A program made the position numbers and the translations under genes. Below are positions 60,373 through 64,000 of a stretch of DNA of 64,000 nucleotides, piece after piece; position 1 is the stretch's first letter, and each line of letters starts with the position of its first letter. Under the pieces are notes generated by a model, which was not told the DNA's origin, ran no database searches, and saw nothing but the letters and a program-made list of their open reading frames with translations. Location of the stretch: contig CAWDNU010000004.1 of assembly GCA_963803705.1 (NCBI GenBank), positions 896,001 to 960,000 on the forward strand, written 5' to 3'. This stretch comes from an uncultured Pseudobdellovibrionaceae bacterium (GTDB taxonomy: Bacteria; Bdellovibrionota; Bdellovibrionia; Bdellovibrionales; UBA1609).

Positions 60373-61359
60373 ATGAATATTGGTATTTTAGGTGCTACAG
60401 GTCTGGTGGGACAAACTTTTTTGGATTTACTGCAGGAAAGCTCGCTTCAGTTTGATGAGCTTTTACTTTTTGCTTCGGAAAAGAGCAGGGGTCAAATTAT
60501 AAAATTTAAAGATAAAGATCTAACTGTTGATGTCTTGAGTGAACAACACTTAGAAAATTTAGACTTGTTGTTCATTGCAACTGGCAACGAGTTAAGTGAG
60601 CAATGGTCCCCTATTGCGGTTAAAAACAAATGTTATGTAATTGACAATTCATCTGCTTTTCGCATGCACCCTGAATGTGCCTTGGTTGTTCCAGAAGTGA
60701 ATTTTGATGCCATTGAGGCTGGCAAAGTACAAATCATTGCCAATCCGAACTGTTCAACTATACAGCTGACTTTACCTTTAAAAGCTTTAGCCGATGATTT
60801 TCAAATTCGAAGTGTAAAAGTGGCATCTTACCAGTCTGTTAGTGGTGCAGGCAAAGAGGCTCAACAAGAACTGTTAGATCAAAGCATAAAACCTGATGAT
60901 AATCATAAACCGGTGATGTTTACTCACCCGATAGCTTTTAACAGTATTCCTCAAATTGGTAGTTTCTTAGATGATGGTTTTTGCACAGAAGAAGACAAGA
61001 TCATGCAAGAGACTCGAAAGATTCTAAATCTTCCAAACTTAAATATTAGTGCATTTACAGTTAGGGTGCCTAGCCTAAATGGACACGCCGAAGTTATGTG
61101 GATCGAGCTGGACAGAACTGTCTCAAAACCAGAAATTTTAAATTCATTATCTAAGATCGAAAACTTGGTTGTTTCGGAAGATGGATACCATGTAGTGCGT
61201 GAAATATCCGGAAAAAAAGAGGTCTTTGTAGGGCGTATCCATCAGGACCGTTTCAATCCCGACACGTGGATTATGTGGGTTGTTGCGGACAACTTACTTA
61301 AAGGGGCCGCATGGAACGCCCTTCAAATTGCAGAGTTGCTTTTCAAGCCGAAGTCTTAG
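60373..61359 (+). CDS. asd: Aspartate-semialdehyde dehydrogenase
   Basis: GATGLVG, DNSSAFRM, ANPNCST, YQSVSGAG, DNLLKGAA. Confidence 0.96.
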   Translation: MNIGILGATGLVGQTFLDLLQESSLQFDELLLFASEKSRGQIIKFKDKDLTVDVLSEQHLENLDLLFIATGNELSEQWSPIAVKNKCYVIDNSSAFRMHPECALVVPEVNFDAIEAGKVQIIANPNCSTIQLTLPLKALADDFQIRSVKVASYQSVSGAGKEAQQELLDQSIKPDDNHKPVMFTHPIAFNSIPQIGSFLDDGFCTEEDKIMQETRKILNLPNLNISAFTVRVPSLNGHAEVMWIELDRTVSKPEILNSLSKIENLVVSEDGYHVVREISGKKEVFVGRIHQDRFNPDTWIMWVVADNLLKGAAWNALQIAELLFKPKS

Positions 61360-61364
61360 ATCAT

Positions 61365-63056
61365 ATGACTATGGCCTTTAGTCGATGCACAATTCCTATT
61401 TTTGGCATTTTGTTTTTTGGCTGCAACTATCTAAGGCTGCGATTGTTTTAAATTCTACCCAGATTGGCGGCGCTTCTGGTCAGCTGCTACTCACCGATAC
61501 CCAGTGGCGCGTTTACGGAAGCTTTTTAGGACCTAGAAGGATCCGTCGATATTGGATAACCCTACTTTTGATAGCTGTGCGATTGCGCCTGGCGCTGGCG
61601 GAGTTTTTGTCAGGCTGTAACCGTAGGCGGGTGATGGGGGACTCTATCTTGACTGTGTCATTTTCTGAAGATACTCAATTCACTGGCCAAGTGCTTCCAA
61701 TAGCCTACTTTAAAGATGCGATGCAGTGACTCCTGAGCTTTTCCAGTGGCGAACCCGGCACCCGGTTCCGCCTAGGTAGTCAGTATCAGGTTCAAGTTCC
61801 ATGGCGAGAATTGTGTGAAGAAGCTGGCGGAGTAATTGGTAGACTACTCTGATGCATGCAAGCACGTTGAATCTAACAAATTCAGCAGAGGCATGCATAG
61901 ATACCGCACCGGGGCACCGTTCAATGAGAACCTTCAGATTGGTGTCGGGGTGCAAGGCAATGGGTCTCAATTCGCCGTTACCGAAATTGTAATCGATTTA
62001 TCTTTTGTCAACACCGCTCAGTAGTTTGGTGCTTTTTTGCAACCTAGTCTACAGGCGGTCCGGCAGTACAGGGTGTGACGGCTTTGAAAATACACCCTTT
62101 TGTGACTGAAGTTTCAGGGAATGGATACTGGAACCTCATCAATGGCGACTCGATGAGTACACAAGGTTTTTGCGACTATAAACTGATTCCAGGTGATGAT
62201 AAAATTCGAGTCGAAACTAACTCTTCTATTGTAAACAACTTATCAATTTATTCGGGCACTCACACAATTGGTAACTCAAGCGCCCCTTTCACAGGCTTCA
62301 TTTTATTTTTGGCTGATGGCGTCGATGACCTTGGGGCGACAATAGGTTTTGAAGAAACTAACCCTTGGTTAGCTGATGGCTCAGTGACTAATCTATTTAA
62401 TACCGCCGGCAACACTTCAAGCGGATTTGAAAAGTCAGATACTGACTTCTTCGATAATTCAAAATGATCAAGTCGTAGCTTTCACGAATGGCAACTTTGG
62501 ACGAGGCTGGAAATATCACTCATCTTTTTAGTACCGAAGTTATTAACACCAACTGCGGTACTGGTTTGCCACCAGTTTATGGAACTCCAGGATCTTACCT
62601 GATACTACTGCGGGAGTGCTTTGTAAGGATGGTATCTGCCCTCCAGTTCCCCCACCTCCTTACTTAGGACGTTGTCCTTACGCAACGACACCTAGCTTAG
62701 TGACCGGTTTACTTTCTGAAGACATTAACTGTTTTGTCGCAACGGCGCTGAAAGGTTCGCCTTACAATTATCAAGTTTTGACTTTGAGAAAATTTAGAAA
62801 CCGCTTTTTAAAGTCTTTTTTTTTAGGTCAAAAATTTGTTAATGGCTATTATGTATACGGCCCTAAAGCTGCTAGGTGGTTAAATAAAAATCCAAATTTT
62901 AAGCCAGTATTTCAAGTTATGCTTTGGCCTGTCTATTTAGTCGCATTGATGTTTAACACCTTCGGAGCTTTACTGGGTCTAGTTTTTGGATCTTTTATTT
63001 TACTGTCACCCCTACTTTTTTTGAATTTACGACGTAAGACTTTTAATAAAATATAA
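61365..63056 (+). pseudogene. Secreted protein with CFI-box-CTERM tail, broken by several frameshifts (pseudogene or assembly errors)
   Basis: Signal peptide recoverable across a poly-T run; fragments at 61385, 61836, 62075 and 62616. The last carries CFVATA..GS....VLTLRKFRNRFL...GQKFV..YY.YGP plus TM and basic tail. Confidence 0.7.
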
Positions 63057-63075
63057 AACCAAGCTAAGATAGTTT

Positions 63076-64000
63076 ATGAGCTTTTTCATTTTAATTTTAT
63101 CGACAACTTTGAAGCCAACAGTTCAAAGAACCAAAGCTTTAATCTACAAAATTTTTAAGCAGCAAAGATTCAATCACCTGACTTATATCTTTGTCTTTTC
63201 ACTTTTTATGATCTTAAATACAGGCTTAGTCTTTGCCCAGACAAATGATGATCTGTTTGATCAAATGGGCTCAAATTCGAAAAGTAATTCTAATGGTAAC
63301 AATGAGAACTCAGATTCATATCTAAGCGACGATACCCCATTCACCACAGAACTAGATGCTGATCTTAAAGATACTGATGGCGGCGACCTGAAGGCCCTTG
63401 AAAAACCAATTCCTAGAAACTTTGAAGGTAGTAGAAATAACTTTGTTAATGATAACGAAATAACCGATGACGTTAAATCTCTTCAAGGTCCTAATAAAAA
63501 AAGCAATTCTAAGCGAGTCAAATTTATTAAACATCCTGGTCAAAAACAAGGGTTATATAAGATCTCTGCAGATGGGAAGTATTACTATAAAGTAGAAGAG
63601 AGCAAACAAAAGTATGGTCTTGGGATCAAGGGCGGCGCCGTGGTCCTAAACCAGCTTAAAAATTTGGACACAGGTGTTAGCTTTAACGATCTATATGGCG
63701 GTGGTGCTAAAGGGGCTTTTTTTCTTGAGTACTATTGGTCTTATTTTAAAGACAAAAATGTTCCTAATATTTTAAAAAAAGCTAGGGTCAAATTTGGCTC
63801 TGGTCTTTTATTAGCTTCCGGCACAGGAACCTTTAGTGATCCAAATCTCGTTGGAATCGATCCTCAAGAAAGTTACACTTTTTTGGCGTTCCCGAATCAC
63901 TTAGGTCTTCATTTAAGTTTTGAATTTAAGGGAAAACAGCTGATTGTGCCCTTTATAACTGGAGCTATGGAGTATTTAGTTGGCTTAGAGCTACAAGGTG
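63076..64000 (+). CDS. Probable outer-membrane beta-barrel protein with acidic N-terminal region, runs off the window
   Basis: Frame open from ATG 63076 by manual reading; signal peptide ending VFA-Q; later amphipathic strands. Start uncertain. Confidence 0.6.
   Translation, partial: MSFFILILSTTLKPTVQRTKALIYKIFKQQRFNHLTYIFVFSLFMILNTGLVFAQTNDDLFDQMGSNSKSNSNGNNENSDSYLSDDTPFTTELDADLKDTDGGDLKALEKPIPRNFEGSRNNFVNDNEITDDVKSLQGPNKKSNSKRVKFIKHPGQKQGLYKISADGKYYYKVEESKQKYGLGIKGGAVVLNQLKNLDTGVSFNDLYGGGAKGAFFLEYYWSYFKDKNVPNILKKARVKFGSGLLLASGTGTFSDPNLVGIDPQESYTFLAFPNHLGLHLSFEFKGKQLIVPFITGAMEYLVGLELQG

Noticed and set aside
1267..63549. Many short ORF-track entries overlapping real genes (e.g. 1267, 3805, 12918, 34951, 38306, 41611, 50818, 56558, 58465, 63352)
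   Set aside because: Antisense or off-frame shadows with no motifs or RBS.

Overview
AT-rich bacterial chromosome segment. Gene content and order suggest a Bdellovibrionota-like organism (inference, not a search result). It is mostly housekeeping genes (smpB, rsmA, tsaD, cpoB, pal, aspC, coaD, rsmD, rsmE, prmA, fliW, csrA, lysC, recA, cinA, pgpA, recX, alaS, rocF, mutY, pcnB, tatA, tkt, add, asd) interspersed with secreted or outer-membrane hypothetical proteins. The most unusual signal is a pair of related non-coding fold-back elements at 50519-50835 and 60103-60355. Each has long AT-rich inverted arms (96 bp perfect; 64 bp with mostly G-U wobbles) around a conserved, covarying core that resembles a sigma54 -24/-12 promoter opening into a bubble. 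Also notable: an operon of ATP-grasp ligase, cysteine dioxygenase, atypical CSAD-like decarboxylase and lipoprotein glutathione peroxidase; orphaned flagellar regulators (flgM-like, csrA, fliW) with no structural genes; a hairpin locking the csrA start; two tandem repeat arrays; an ISNCY remnant; and secreted orphan proteins sharing a terminal C-x-x-x-hydrophobic motif. Several single-base frameshifts (smpB, lysC, tkt, CFI-box gene) probably reflect assembly indels.
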